Shown here: in pieces, positions 1-8,913 of the stretch
Layout of the letters: every line of letters begins with the position of its first letter
Numbering within the stretch: the first letter of the stretch is position 1
NCBI GenBank assembly: GCA_027063065.1
Contig: JAMOSO010000011.1
Coordinates: forward strand, 5,370 to 69,369
Origin: Planctomycetota bacterium
Lineage (GTDB): Bacteria > Planctomycetota > JAMOSO01
Direction of reading: 5' to 3'
DNA length: 64,000 nt
Made by a program: the position numbers and the translations under genes
Notes under the pieces: model-generated
What the model saw: only the letters and a program-made list of their open reading frames with translations
Told to the model about the DNA's origin: nothing
Databases searched by the model: none

Positions 1-1
1 G

Positions 2-37
2 AAATTCTCGTTTAAAAATACTAATTATAGAGTTCAT
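2..37 (-). CDS. N-terminus of a GldF-like ABC-2 permease (partial, runs off window)
   Basis: ATG at 37 overlaps the upstream ATPase stop (ATGA). Reads MNSIISIFKREF, like the 'ILRELRSYF' start of the paralogous permease at 50038-50787. Confidence 0.6.
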   Translation of the reverse strand, partial: MNSIISIFKREF

Positions 38-762
38 ACATTTACTCCTTGTAATGTTGTAGTAATTTTTCTAAAAATCTCATCTAAATTACCCTGTTCT
101 TGTTTGCGTAATTGATTTGGCGTTGAATCAACTAAAATTTTACCATTTGCAATGATGATTAATCGTGAGCATAAGGAATCTACCTCCTCTAAAATGTGAG
201 TTGATATTATAATGGCTTTTTGTGGAGCTAATTTTTTTATTAATTGACGCACTTCAAATTTTTGATTTGGATCTAAACCATCGGTAGGTTCATCTAAAAT
301 TAGTACATCTGGATTATGTATTAAAGCTTGCGCAAGTCCAACACGCCGTTTGTACCCTTTAGATAGTGTTCCTATTTGTTGATACATAATATTGCTAATG
401 GCACATTCATGAGCTACTTTTTCTATAGCATTTTTACAAGCAGTACCTTTAATATTTCTTATATTGCATATAAATTTTAAAAAATTATATGGATTCATTT
501 CTTCATAACTAGGTGCGTTTTCTGCTAAATAACCTAAATTTTTACGTACTCCAATAGAATCCGTTACTGTTGAGCAATTATTGATAGTTGCATAACCAGA
601 ATCTGGTTCTAAAAAACAACTAAGCATTTTCATCGTGGTAGATTTGCCAGCTCCATTAGGACCTAAAAAGCCTAATACTTCCCCTTTTTTAACAGAAAAA
701 GATACCCCGTCCACGGCGATAATTGATCCAAAAGATTTATGCAAATCATAGACATTTATCAT
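34..762 (-). CDS. ABC transporter ATP-binding protein (GldA-like)
   Basis: Walker A GPNGAGKST, LSKGYKRRVGLAQAL signature, Walker B ILDEPTDGLDP, H-loop STH. Confidence 0.9.
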   Translation of the reverse strand: MINVYDLHKSFGSIIAVDGVSFSVKKGEVLGFLGPNGAGKSTTMKMLSCFLEPDSGYATINNCSTVTDSIGVRKNLGYLAENAPSYEEMNPYNFLKFICNIRNIKGTACKNAIEKVAHECAISNIMYQQIGTLSKGYKRRVGLAQALIHNPDVLILDEPTDGLDPNQKFEVRQLIKKLAPQKAIIISTHILEEVDSLCSRLIIIANGKILVDSTPNQLRKQEQGNLDEIFRKITTTLQGVNV

Positions 763-818
763 AAAACTTCTCCTAAACTTTTTGAAAAAGAAATTTTATA
801 TATAAAAAAATTATTTTG

Positions 819-1523
819 TCAACGTTGATACCATAGCCAGCAAAATTTTCGTGAACGCAGTACAAAAGGAAAAATTAGTATTATAACAGTTTGTAATAAA
901 CAGCTAAGATAGCCCAAATTATTAAACTTTCTAGATGAGGTAATAATATGTTTATCTTGCAATATAGTAAAGTTACGAGATGTTTGCAGACCTAATTGTT
1001 TTAGTTTTTTTGAAAGTAGTATTTCTTCACCAGCATAAACTTTTAAAGGAAAACCGCCAACTTTTTTAAAATCTTCACTACAACATAATAAAAAAGAGCC
1101 AGCAGCTAATTTAAATTTACAAGATATTTTATTCCATAATAATGCTAAAAACTTACCTGTATAATCAATGTTTTGATCAAAACTTACAACTGCACCAACA
1201 CATATACTGTTGTTTTTTAAGCATTCAAAACCTGCATTTAAAATTTCTGCACTAGGCAAGGTGTCAGCATCTATAAAAAACAAGTATTGACCTATTGCGT
1301 ATTCAGCTCCAGTATTTCTTGCCTTTGAGATTTGATTATGTTTTTCAAAGACAATCGTAGCTCCATTTTGTTTGGCGATGTTGGCTGTGGCATCACTTGA
1401 ATTATTGTCTACCACTATTATTTCTGTAATTGGTAAGCCTTCAGAGGCTTTAATTATATTTTGTAGTGTTTGAGCAATTAAAGCTTCTTCATTCCATGCT
1501 GGTATAATTATTGAAATAGACAC
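819..1523 (-). CDS. Glycosyltransferase family 2
   Basis: ISIIIPAWNEE start, VVDNNSSD, ARNTGA, FIDAD (DxD) motif, GGF motif. GTG start abuts the menB stop. Confidence 0.88.
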   Translation of the reverse strand: MSISIIIPAWNEEALIAQTLQNIIKASEGLPITEIIVVDNNSSDATANIAKQNGATIVFEKHNQISKARNTGAEYAIGQYLFFIDADTLPSAEILNAGFECLKNNSICVGAVVSFDQNIDYTGKFLALLWNKISCKFKLAAGSFLLCCSEDFKKVGGFPLKVYAGEEILLSKKLKQLGLQTSRNFTILQDKHIITSSRKFNNLGYLSCLLQTVIILIFPFVLRSRKFCWLWYQR

Positions 1524-2420
1524 TTAGTAGTGATGCGGAAATTTAGAAAAATCTTGTTTACGTTTTTCTAAAAAGGCCGTTCTGCCTTCTACAGCTTCTT
1601 CAGTTGCATAAGCTAAACGTGTTGCTTCACCAGCAAACATTTGCTGTCCTACCATGCCATCATCGGTCAAATTAAATCCATATTTTAACATTCGCATAGC
1701 AGTGGGACTTTTGGAGTTTATAATATCGCACCACTCTAAAGCAACTTGTTCTAAATCTGCATGAGCCACAACTTTATTGACCATGCCCATTTCGTATGCC
1801 TCTTGAGCAGAATAGTCTAATCCTAAAAAGAAAATTTCTCTGGCTCTTTTTTGTCCAACCATTTTGGCTAAATATGCAGAACCATAACCGCTATCAAAGC
1901 TAGCAACATCAGGATCAGTTTGTTTAAATACCGCGTGTTCTTTGCTGGCAATTGTCAAATCACAAACCACATGTAATGAATGCCCTCCTCCAGCAGCCCA
2001 GCCAGGAACAACCGCCATTACTATTTTTGGCATAAAGCGAATTAGTCTTTGCACTTCTAAAATATGCAAACGTCCTAAACGAGCAATATCGGGCTTTTCA
2101 CCACTCTCCAATTGATATTTATATCCATCTTTGCCTCTTATACGTTGGTCACCACCGCTACAAAATGCCCATCCTCCATCTTTAGGTGATGGACCATTGC
2201 CCGTTAGTATTACTGCGCCTATATCACTAGAAGTTCTAGCGTGTTCTAGTGCAATATATAATTCGTCAACAGTTTTTGGACGAAAAGCATTGCGACATTT
2301 AGGACGATTGATAGCAATTCTTACTGTGCCTTGTTTCTTTGCACGATGATATGTTATATCTTCAAAATTAAAATTTAAAACTTTATCCCATTGATTTGTA
2401 TCAAATATTTCAGAAACCAT
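1524..2420 (-). CDS. menB: 1,4-dihydroxy-2-naphthoyl-CoA synthase
   Basis: Crotonase fold with MenB motifs RNAFRP, AFCSGGDQRIRG, GGGHSLHVVCDLT, SFDSGYG, GQKRAREIFF. Confidence 0.95.
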   Translation of the reverse strand: MVSEIFDTNQWDKVLNFNFEDITYHRAKKQGTVRIAINRPKCRNAFRPKTVDELYIALEHARTSSDIGAVILTGNGPSPKDGGWAFCSGGDQRIRGKDGYKYQLESGEKPDIARLGRLHILEVQRLIRFMPKIVMAVVPGWAAGGGHSLHVVCDLTIASKEHAVFKQTDPDVASFDSGYGSAYLAKMVGQKRAREIFFLGLDYSAQEAYEMGMVNKVVAHADLEQVALEWCDIINSKSPTAMRMLKYGFNLTDDGMVGQQMFAGEATRLAYATEEAVEGRTAFLEKRKQDFSKFPHHY

Positions 2421-2521
2421 AATAATCCATAAAATAAAAATATTATATCAAAAATCTCATATATTGATAAGAATCAATTTTTATTTTTAGTAATTATAAA
2501 AGTAAAAATATATGCTTTAAA

Positions 2522-2549
2522 TTGACATAAACCCTTAATCTTATATAAT
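2522..2549 (+). promoter_or_regulatory. sigma70-type promoter for dciA-gyrB
   Basis: TTGACA (2522-2527), 16-bp spacer, TATAAT (2544-2549). Both hexamers are perfect consensus. Confidence 0.75.
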
Positions 2550-2575
2550 TTACGTTTTTATTAAGGTAGCATAAA

Positions 2576-2881
2576 GTGAAGGAAGATAGACGCTTTGTAG
2601 ACAATGAAAACACTCTAAAACCATTTCTGGCAAAGGTCAAAAAACTTGGTAAAAAAACGGCTAAAAAAACATCTTTAGCCGATACAGAATGGTTTAAAGC
2701 GGTGCCTCAGCAATGGCTAAGTTTTACATCAGTTTCTAGTTTTAAAGATAATGTTTTGACTATCAAAGTTACAAATTCAACTTTGCGTAGTGAAATGGAA
2801 ATGATAAAAAAAAATATTATTACAAATATCAATAATAGCCAAGTGATTTTTGTGCGTGAAATAAATTTAAAAATTGGTTAA
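2576..2881 (+). CDS. dciA: DciA/DUF721-family protein (putative replicative helicase loader)
   Basis: About 100 aa with a KH-like pattern (FKDNVLTIKVTNSTLRSEM...IITNIN...VREINLKIG), directly upstream of gyrB, the usual DUF721 position. Confidence 0.7.
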   Translation: MKEDRRFVDNENTLKPFLAKVKKLGKKTAKKTSLADTEWFKAVPQQWLSFTSVSSFKDNVLTIKVTNSTLRSEMEMIKKNIITNINNSQVIFVREINLKIG

Positions 2882-2915
2882 TTAATAGCTTAGCTTAAAG
2901 TCGGTAAGGAGTTTC

Positions 2916-5315
2916 ATGACTGAAGAAAAAAACTATGGTGCAGACAATATTACTATTCTTGAAGGAATGGATGCTGTGCGCAAGAGACCTGGAATGTATA
3001 TTGGCGACACCTACACACGTGGATATCACCATTTAGTTTTTGAAACTGTAGATAATTCAATTGATGAGGCTATGGCCGGTCATTGCTCTAAAATTATTGT
3101 AATTATTAATCCAGATGGTTCTTGTACTGTTGAAGACAATGGTCGAGGTATCCCCATTGATATTCATAAGGATACTGGCACTCCAGCGTTAGAGGTAATT
3201 CTTACAACTTTACATGCTGGTGGTAAATTTGATGATAATACTTATAAAGTTTCAGGTGGATTACATGGGGTTGGTGTTTCATGTGTAAATGCTTTATCTG
3301 AACGTCTTGATGTTGAAATTTACCGTGATGGACATATCAATGCTATGAGTTTTTCTTGTGGACGCGTAAAAAGTCCATTAAAAAAATTAGCAGCCACAAA
3401 AAAACGTGGTACAAAAATTACTTTTTTGCCAGACAGATCTTTATTTGAATGTGAAGGTTTTAAATATGATATTTTAGCTAATCGCTTAAGAGAGATGGCG
3501 TTTTTAAATCGCGGTGTTTATATTGAATTAAAAGATGAACGCAACGAGCAAAGTGATACCTTTCATTATGAAGGTGGTATTGTCTCATTTGTCGAACATT
3601 TAAATCGCAATAAAGAACCGATTCATGCTGAAGTATTATATTTTGAAAAAGAAGAAGGTGGTGTTTCTGTTGAAGTTTCTATGCAGTATAACACAAGTTT
3701 TTCAGACAATATCTTATCTTTTGCAAATAATATAAATACACATGAAGGCGGAACACACTTAGCTGGTTTTCGTTCGGCATTGACACGTACTTTAAATCGT
3801 TATGCTACTAAAAATAATTTGGCTAAACGTGATGAATTACCAAGTGGTGATGATTATCGTGAAGGTTTAACTGCTGTTGTTAGTGTTAAACTGCCAGAAC
3901 CACAGTTTGAAGGGCAAACCAAAACTAAACTCGGTAATAGTGAAATACAAGGGATGGTAGAATCTATTGTAAATGATGCTTTAGGTGATATTTGTGAAAC
4001 TAAACCAGCAATTGCTAAGTCTATTATTCGTTCTGCAATACAGGCTGGATTAGCTAGAAAAGCAGCTAAAAAAGCAAGAGAATTAACTAGGCGAAAAGGT
4101 GCTATGGATGTGGGTAATTTGCCAGGAAAATTGGCTGATTGTTCTAGTAAGGATGTTAATTCTACAGAAATTTTTATTGTGGAAGGAGACTCTGCTGGAG
4201 GCTCTGCTAAACAAGGTCGAGATAGAAAATTTCAGGCTATTTTACCAATTAAGGGTAAAATTTTAAATGTAGAAAAAGCCCGAATTGATAAAATGCTAAG
4301 TCATGATGAAATTAAACATATGATTATAGCTTTAGGAACTAGCATTGGTGAAGATGACTTTAATATAGAAAAAATTCGTTATAAACGTGTAATTATCATG
4401 ACCGATGCAGATCATGATGGAAGTCATATTAGAACTTTATTAATGACTTTCTTTTTTCGTCATATGCGTCCATTAGTAGAGAAAGGCTTTTTATATGTTG
4501 CCCAACCTCCTTTGTATAAGGTTAAGCGTGGTCGTAAAGAGCAATATGTTTTTGATGAAGCTAAAATGGAAACTATTTTTAAAGAATATGGATGTGAAAA
4601 GGCTACATTAAAAATAGGTGAGCAAATTTTTTCTGATGAAGAATTAAAAGACTTATATGATCATATTAGAATGTTTATGCGTTATGATTTAAATTTAAGA
4701 AAATCACATTTAGATTTATCTAGTCTTTTACGCCGTGCAAAAAATGGTGAAGTTGCACATTATCGTGCTTGTTGGAAAAATGAAGTTGTATATTTAAACA
4801 CCAAAGATGATTTAAGTGATTTTGTAAGTAAGGTATCTAAATCCGAAGGTCATGAAATGGAAATCATCGAAAATGTTTTAAATGATGACTTTGGTATAGC
4901 TTTAATAGAAATCCTAGAAAGTGACGATATTGCCAAGAGTTTAAAAACAGTCTATGAAAAATTTAATATAGAATCATCGGCATTTACAGCAGTACAAAAC
5001 GATGCCAATTTGGTAGAGTTTATTGTTGATGGTAATACAACAGTATTGAAAACTGTCTTAGAATTAGCAGAACATGTACGTGAAAATGGCCGTAAAGGCA
5101 TTGAAGTCCAGCGTTATAAAGGTCTAGGAGAAATGAATCCTGATCAATTAGATGAAACTACAATGAATCCTGAAAAACGTATTTTAAAACGTGTTGTTAT
5201 GGAAGATGTAGTAAAAGCTGATCAGTTATTTACATTGCTAATGGGTAGTGAAGTAGAACCTAGACGTGATTATATAACAAAGCATTGCCTAGATGTTACA
5301 AATTTAGATGTTTAA
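2916..5315 (+). CDS. gyrB: DNA gyrase subunit B (long form with insertion in TOPRIM region)
   Basis: AVRKRPGMYIG, ETVDNSIDE, HAGGKF, SGGLHGVG, EGDSAGGS, MTDADHDG, QRYKGLGEMN, C-terminal NLDV. Confidence 0.97.
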   Translation: MTEEKNYGADNITILEGMDAVRKRPGMYIGDTYTRGYHHLVFETVDNSIDEAMAGHCSKIIVIINPDGSCTVEDNGRGIPIDIHKDTGTPALEVILTTLHAGGKFDDNTYKVSGGLHGVGVSCVNALSERLDVEIYRDGHINAMSFSCGRVKSPLKKLAATKKRGTKITFLPDRSLFECEGFKYDILANRLREMAFLNRGVYIELKDERNEQSDTFHYEGGIVSFVEHLNRNKEPIHAEVLYFEKEEGGVSVEVSMQYNTSFSDNILSFANNINTHEGGTHLAGFRSALTRTLNRYATKNNLAKRDELPSGDDYREGLTAVVSVKLPEPQFEGQTKTKLGNSEIQGMVESIVNDALGDICETKPAIAKSIIRSAIQAGLARKAAKKARELTRRKGAMDVGNLPGKLADCSSKDVNSTEIFIVEGDSAGGSAKQGRDRKFQAILPIKGKILNVEKARIDKMLSHDEIKHMIIALGTSIGEDDFNIEKIRYKRVIIMTDADHDGSHIRTLLMTFFFRHMRPLVEKGFLYVAQPPLYKVKRGRKEQYVFDEAKMETIFKEYGCEKATLKIGEQIFSDEELKDLYDHIRMFMRYDLNLRKSHLDLSSLLRRAKNGEVAHYRACWKNEVVYLNTKDDLSDFVSKVSKSEGHEMEIIENVLNDDFGIALIEILESDDIAKSLKTVYEKFNIESSAFTAVQNDANLVEFIVDGNTTVLKTVLELAEHVRENGRKGIEVQRYKGLGEMNPDQLDETTMNPEKRILKRVVMEDVVKADQLFTLLMGSEVEPRRDYITKHCLDVTNLDV

Positions 5316-5318
5316 TAC

Positions 5319-5353
5319 AAAAGCCATAGCAAAATCTTTTTGCTATGGCTTTT
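5319..5353. terminator. Bidirectional intrinsic terminator
   Basis: 16-bp perfect inverted repeat AAAAGCCATAGCAAAA-tct-TTTTGCTATGGCTTTT between convergent gyrB and lipoprotein genes. Confidence 0.85.
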
Positions 5354-5364
5354 ATTGTATAAAA

Positions 5365-5985
5365 TTATATATCTAACGGACAATAAAGTTTACTGATAAA
5401 CTTTTTAGAGTATGGTACAAAATTATCTATATCTTCTCTAAATCCAGCTTTGTAAGACTGTACCATTGGTGATATTTTTGTAGCAATTTGTTTCTCTTCT
5501 TTTAGCATAGAACTAAAAGTTGATAATCTTGTATATTTATGTTCACTTCTGTACGGCATTTCTGTGTTGGAATACCATTTATATCCAGTTTCTTCATCCC
5601 AAAATTTTCGAAAAGTAGGTTTAAGATTTTTATCTACTATCATCCCCTGCATTTTTTCAATAGTATCACGAGTATAATCTTTGGCATTGGATTTTTCCCA
5701 AGTAATAAATCTGCCGACAGCAGAATCACGTTCAATTGGGTCATCTTGCCACAATTTTATCTCTTGACCTACATTGCGATTCCAGTCATCAAGAAAAGAT
5801 TCATGATTAACCTGCCTATCCCAAGAACGCTTAAAAGATTTACTATAATTATTAGCTACGGTTTTTTCATTTATAATAAAACGCTCAAAAGTACTGTGGT
5901 ATCTACCTGTACTTGAACAATTTGTACTGCACCCAATAAATACATATGGTATGCATAAAATAATAAATAAATTTAATCTAATCAT
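5365..5985 (-). CDS. Hypothetical lipoprotein with internal helical repeats
   Basis: Start moved to ATG 5985, which overlaps the rex stop (ATGA). Signal peptide MIRLNLFIILCIPYVFIG|C ends in a lipobox-like FIGC. Confidence 0.65.
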   Translation of the reverse strand: MIRLNLFIILCIPYVFIGCSTNCSSTGRYHSTFERFIINEKTVANNYSKSFKRSWDRQVNHESFLDDWNRNVGQEIKLWQDDPIERDSAVGRFITWEKSNAKDYTRDTIEKMQGMIVDKNLKPTFRKFWDEETGYKWYSNTEMPYRSEHKYTRLSTFSSMLKEEKQIATKISPMVQSYKAGFREDIDNFVPYSKKFISKLYCPLDI

Positions 5986-6671
5986 AAATTTACAAGTTCT
6001 TTGGAACAATCGACAATTCCATCTTTACAATTAATGCAATCGCCAGAAAAATAAGCTAGTTTTTCTAATTTCATAGAAATATTTAATTGCTCAACACGAA
6101 TATTTTTAGGTACTTTTACAGGTAAATAAGCAAAATTTAATATGGCACACACTTTCGCTTCAATTAATTTATCAGCAACGGCTTGAGCTTGATCATTTGG
6201 AACAGTGATTACCCCCATTGAAATTCCAAGCTCATTAATTTTTATTATTATTTCATCTTGATGATAACATGGGCAACCAGATATTTTTTGACCTACTTTT
6301 TGTTTGTCCACATCAAATGCTGCAACCACTTCAAATTCTTTAGAAGGATTGCGAAAATAAGATAAAATTGATCTGCCTAACCCTCCTATACCAACAATTG
6401 CAATCTTACGTTTGCGCCCTTTATGTAAAACATCTGATATGCCTTTTGACAAATCTGTAATCTTATAGCCATATTTTGGATGTCCAGAACACCCAGTAAT
6501 CATTAAATCCCTACGCATCTGTGCAGGAGTATTGTCAACTAAGGCAGCTAACTCATGAGAAAATATATGGGTTTTGTCATTATCGGATAACCAATTTAAT
6601 AAATGTCTGTATTTAATAAGTCGTTCGACTGTATTAACTGGAATTTTATCTTTTTCATAACATTTGCTCAT
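5982..6671 (-). CDS. rex: Redox-sensing transcriptional repressor Rex
   Basis: IPVNTVERLIKY, SHELA, PAQMRRDL winged helix, GY wing, Rossmann GIGGLGR, AAFDVD, ILNFA. Confidence 0.92.
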   Translation of the reverse strand: MSKCYEKDKIPVNTVERLIKYRHLLNWLSDNDKTHIFSHELAALVDNTPAQMRRDLMITGCSGHPKYGYKITDLSKGISDVLHKGRKRKIAIVGIGGLGRSILSYFRNPSKEFEVVAAFDVDKQKVGQKISGCPCYHQDEIIIKINELGISMGVITVPNDQAQAVADKLIEAKVCAILNFAYLPVKVPKNIRVEQLNISMKLEKLAYFSGDCINCKDGIVDCSKELVNL

Positions 6672-6715
6672 TACTTTAGTCTAATTTAGGATAAGCTAAA
6701 AGTCAATTAGCAAAC

Positions 6716-7420
6716 TTATATATGTATATCATATTCAGAAAATTTATACTTAAAACTAGCTAACATAGCATCTGCAACTGTGTCAAATGTTACATTTTTA
6801 GTAACAGGTATATCTGCTAAGGCAATTGTTTTAGATACAATATGATTTATATTATCTTGATTATGAATCTTTAATAATTTGCATAATTCAGCAGTGTGAT
6901 TTTTAATCATTAGTGAACCGTGCTGTAAAATAGCTTTGCGTTTATGAGCTTGTGCAGAGCCTACAATTTTACGCCCATTAACTAAAATTTCATTTTTTGA
7001 TGGTCCTTGAAAACAAACATGACTTTCTGGCATTTTCCATGCTTTAGCATCGGCACGTTGAACATCGACTCCTAAACGCTGCAAGCCATCTTGTAACGCT
7101 AAAGAGATAATATCATATATTGCATGCAAAGATTGTTTTGGCCAAATCTCTTTTGGTAAAATTATAGAATAAGTAAAATCATCCCTATGTAAAACAGCAG
7201 CACCACCTGTTAACCGTTTAACTATTTCAACATTATTTAATTTACATTTATCAAAATCTACTATTTTATCAGCTTCTTCACTAATACCTAAACTCAGTCC
7301 TGCAGGTTTCCAAGAATAAAATCTTAATATAGATTTGCCTTCTAATAAATTTTGTTTGTCCAAATCCATATTTTCTTGTGGACTTAGATTTTTTGTTATT
7401 TCAAAATTTATAGAAGGCAT
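6716..7420 (-). CDS. Lipoate-protein ligase A / LipM-like octanoyltransferase family
   Basis: ENMDLD, LRFYSW, RLTGGAAVLH, CF...EILVNGRKIVGSAQ, ILQHGSL. Confidence 0.85.
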   Translation of the reverse strand: MPSINFEITKNLSPQENMDLDKQNLLEGKSILRFYSWKPAGLSLGISEEADKIVDFDKCKLNNVEIVKRLTGGAAVLHRDDFTYSIILPKEIWPKQSLHAIYDIISLALQDGLQRLGVDVQRADAKAWKMPESHVCFQGPSKNEILVNGRKIVGSAQAHKRKAILQHGSLMIKNHTAELCKLLKIHNQDNINHIVSKTIALADIPVTKNVTFDTVADAMLASFKYKFSEYDIHI

Positions 7421-7422
7421 AT

Positions 7423-8913
7423 TTAATTTTTTAGATATTTATTGATAGCTTTTGCAGCTTTGCGACCTTCGCCCATGGCTAAAATAACGGTGGCTGCACC
7501 TAATACTATATCACCGCCAGCAAAAACACCTTCGATAGATGTCGCACCAGCTTCATCAACTATAACATTGCCACGTTTGTCTGTTTTTAATTTAGGTGTG
7601 GTTTGAGTAACTAAAGGATTTGAACCATTGCCAATAGCTACTATTACAGTATCCATTTCTATTTCAAATTCACTATTTTTAATTTCAACTGGCCGTCTGC
7701 GTCCAGAGTTATCAGGTTCTCCAAGCTCATAACAAACAATCTCTAATGCACGTACTTTGCTATCTTTATCACCTAAAATACGTTTAACATTTTGTAATTC
7801 TAAAAAATTTACGCCTTCTTCTTGAGCATGAGCAACCTCTTCTTTGCGCGCTGGCATTTCTGCTATTGTTCTGCGGTAAATCACATTTACTTCTTCAGCA
7901 CCCAAACGCAATGCCATACGAGAAGCATCCATCGCGACATTGCCACCGCCTAAAACAGCCACTTTTTTACTTTTAAACATTGGAGTATCTGCATGTTCAG
8001 TATCGTAAGCGCGCATTAAATTAGCTCTGGTTAAATATTCATTAGCCGCAAAGACTCCGATTAAATTTTCGCCTTCAATACCCATAAAGATAGGCAAACC
8101 TGCACCTGTTCCAATAAATATAGCATCAAATCCGTCTATACTCTTTAATTGTTCAATGGTTCTAGTTTTACCTACCACAAAATTTTTAACTATTTTAACA
8201 CCCATCTTGTCTAGATTTGCTATTTCATAATCGACAATATCGTTTGGAAGGCGAAACTCTGGTATACCATAACGCATTACACCACCTAATTTATGAAAAG
8301 CTTCAAATAGCGTAACATCATGCCCTGCTCTGCGACAGTCTGCAGATACAACTAATCCTGCTGGTCCAGATCCAATAACGGCAATTTTTTTGCCAGTTTC
8401 TTTGGCAATAGTAGGTATTACTGCAGTTTTGTTTTTTCTTTGCCAATCAGCTACAAATCTTTCTAATCTGCCAATACCTACTGCTTTATCAATATCTTTT
8501 AAACTTTTACCAACAGTACAATATAATTGGCATTGATTTTCTTGTGGACAAACTCGCCCGCATATAGCAGGTAATAAAGAGTCTTGTTGTATAATATCTG
8601 CCGCCGCTTGAAAATCTCCCTCGGCAATTTTACAAATAAAATCAGGTATTTTTAAACCTACAGGACACCCCTTGATACATGGTTTGTTTTTGCATTGTAT
8701 ACAACGCATGGCTTCTACCATTGCCTGTTCTTTAGTAAAACCTATGGCAACTTCTTCTTGATTAGTTCCTCTTTGTTTAGGTTCTAAAACAGGCATCTCC
8801 TGCAAAGGGATTTGCATCCTTTCTTTCGCTTTAAGACTATCTTGTTTATTGTTTAAATCAGCAAAAACTTCTTTGGCTTTAACGTTTAGGTCTTGTGGGC
8901 AAATATAACTCAT
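7423..8913 (-). CDS. nfnB: Electron-bifurcating transhydrogenase large subunit NfnB (GltD/SudA-like)
   Basis: RCIQCKNKPCIKGCPV and ICGRVCPQENQC Fe-S motifs, GSGPAG, GGGNVAMD, GGDIVLGAATVILAMGEG. Overlaps an NfnA gene. Confidence 0.88.
   Translation of the reverse strand: MSYICPQDLNVKAKEVFADLNNKQDSLKAKERMQIPLQEMPVLEPKQRGTNQEEVAIGFTKEQAMVEAMRCIQCKNKPCIKGCPVGLKIPDFICKIAEGDFQAAADIIQQDSLLPAICGRVCPQENQCQLYCTVGKSLKDIDKAVGIGRLERFVADWQRKNKTAVIPTIAKETGKKIAVIGSGPAGLVVSADCRRAGHDVTLFEAFHKLGGVMRYGIPEFRLPNDIVDYEIANLDKMGVKIVKNFVVGKTRTIEQLKSIDGFDAIFIGTGAGLPIFMGIEGENLIGVFAANEYLTRANLMRAYDTEHADTPMFKSKKVAVLGGGNVAMDASRMALRLGAEEVNVIYRRTIAEMPARKEEVAHAQEEGVNFLELQNVKRILGDKDSKVRALEIVCYELGEPDNSGRRRPVEIKNSEFEIEMDTVIVAIGNGSNPLVTQTTPKLKTDKRGNVIVDEAGATSIEGVFAGGDIVLGAATVILAMGEGRKAAKAINKYLKN

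Noticed and set aside
2421-2575. Possible oriC next to dciA-gyrB
   Set aside because: AT-rich, but I saw no TTATCCACA DnaA boxes and there is no dnaA/dnaN. Divergent promoters explain the region.
7423-8913. Glutamate synthase small subunit (gltD) call
   Set aside because: No gltB is adjacent, and overlap with a PyrK-like gene identifies NfnAB.
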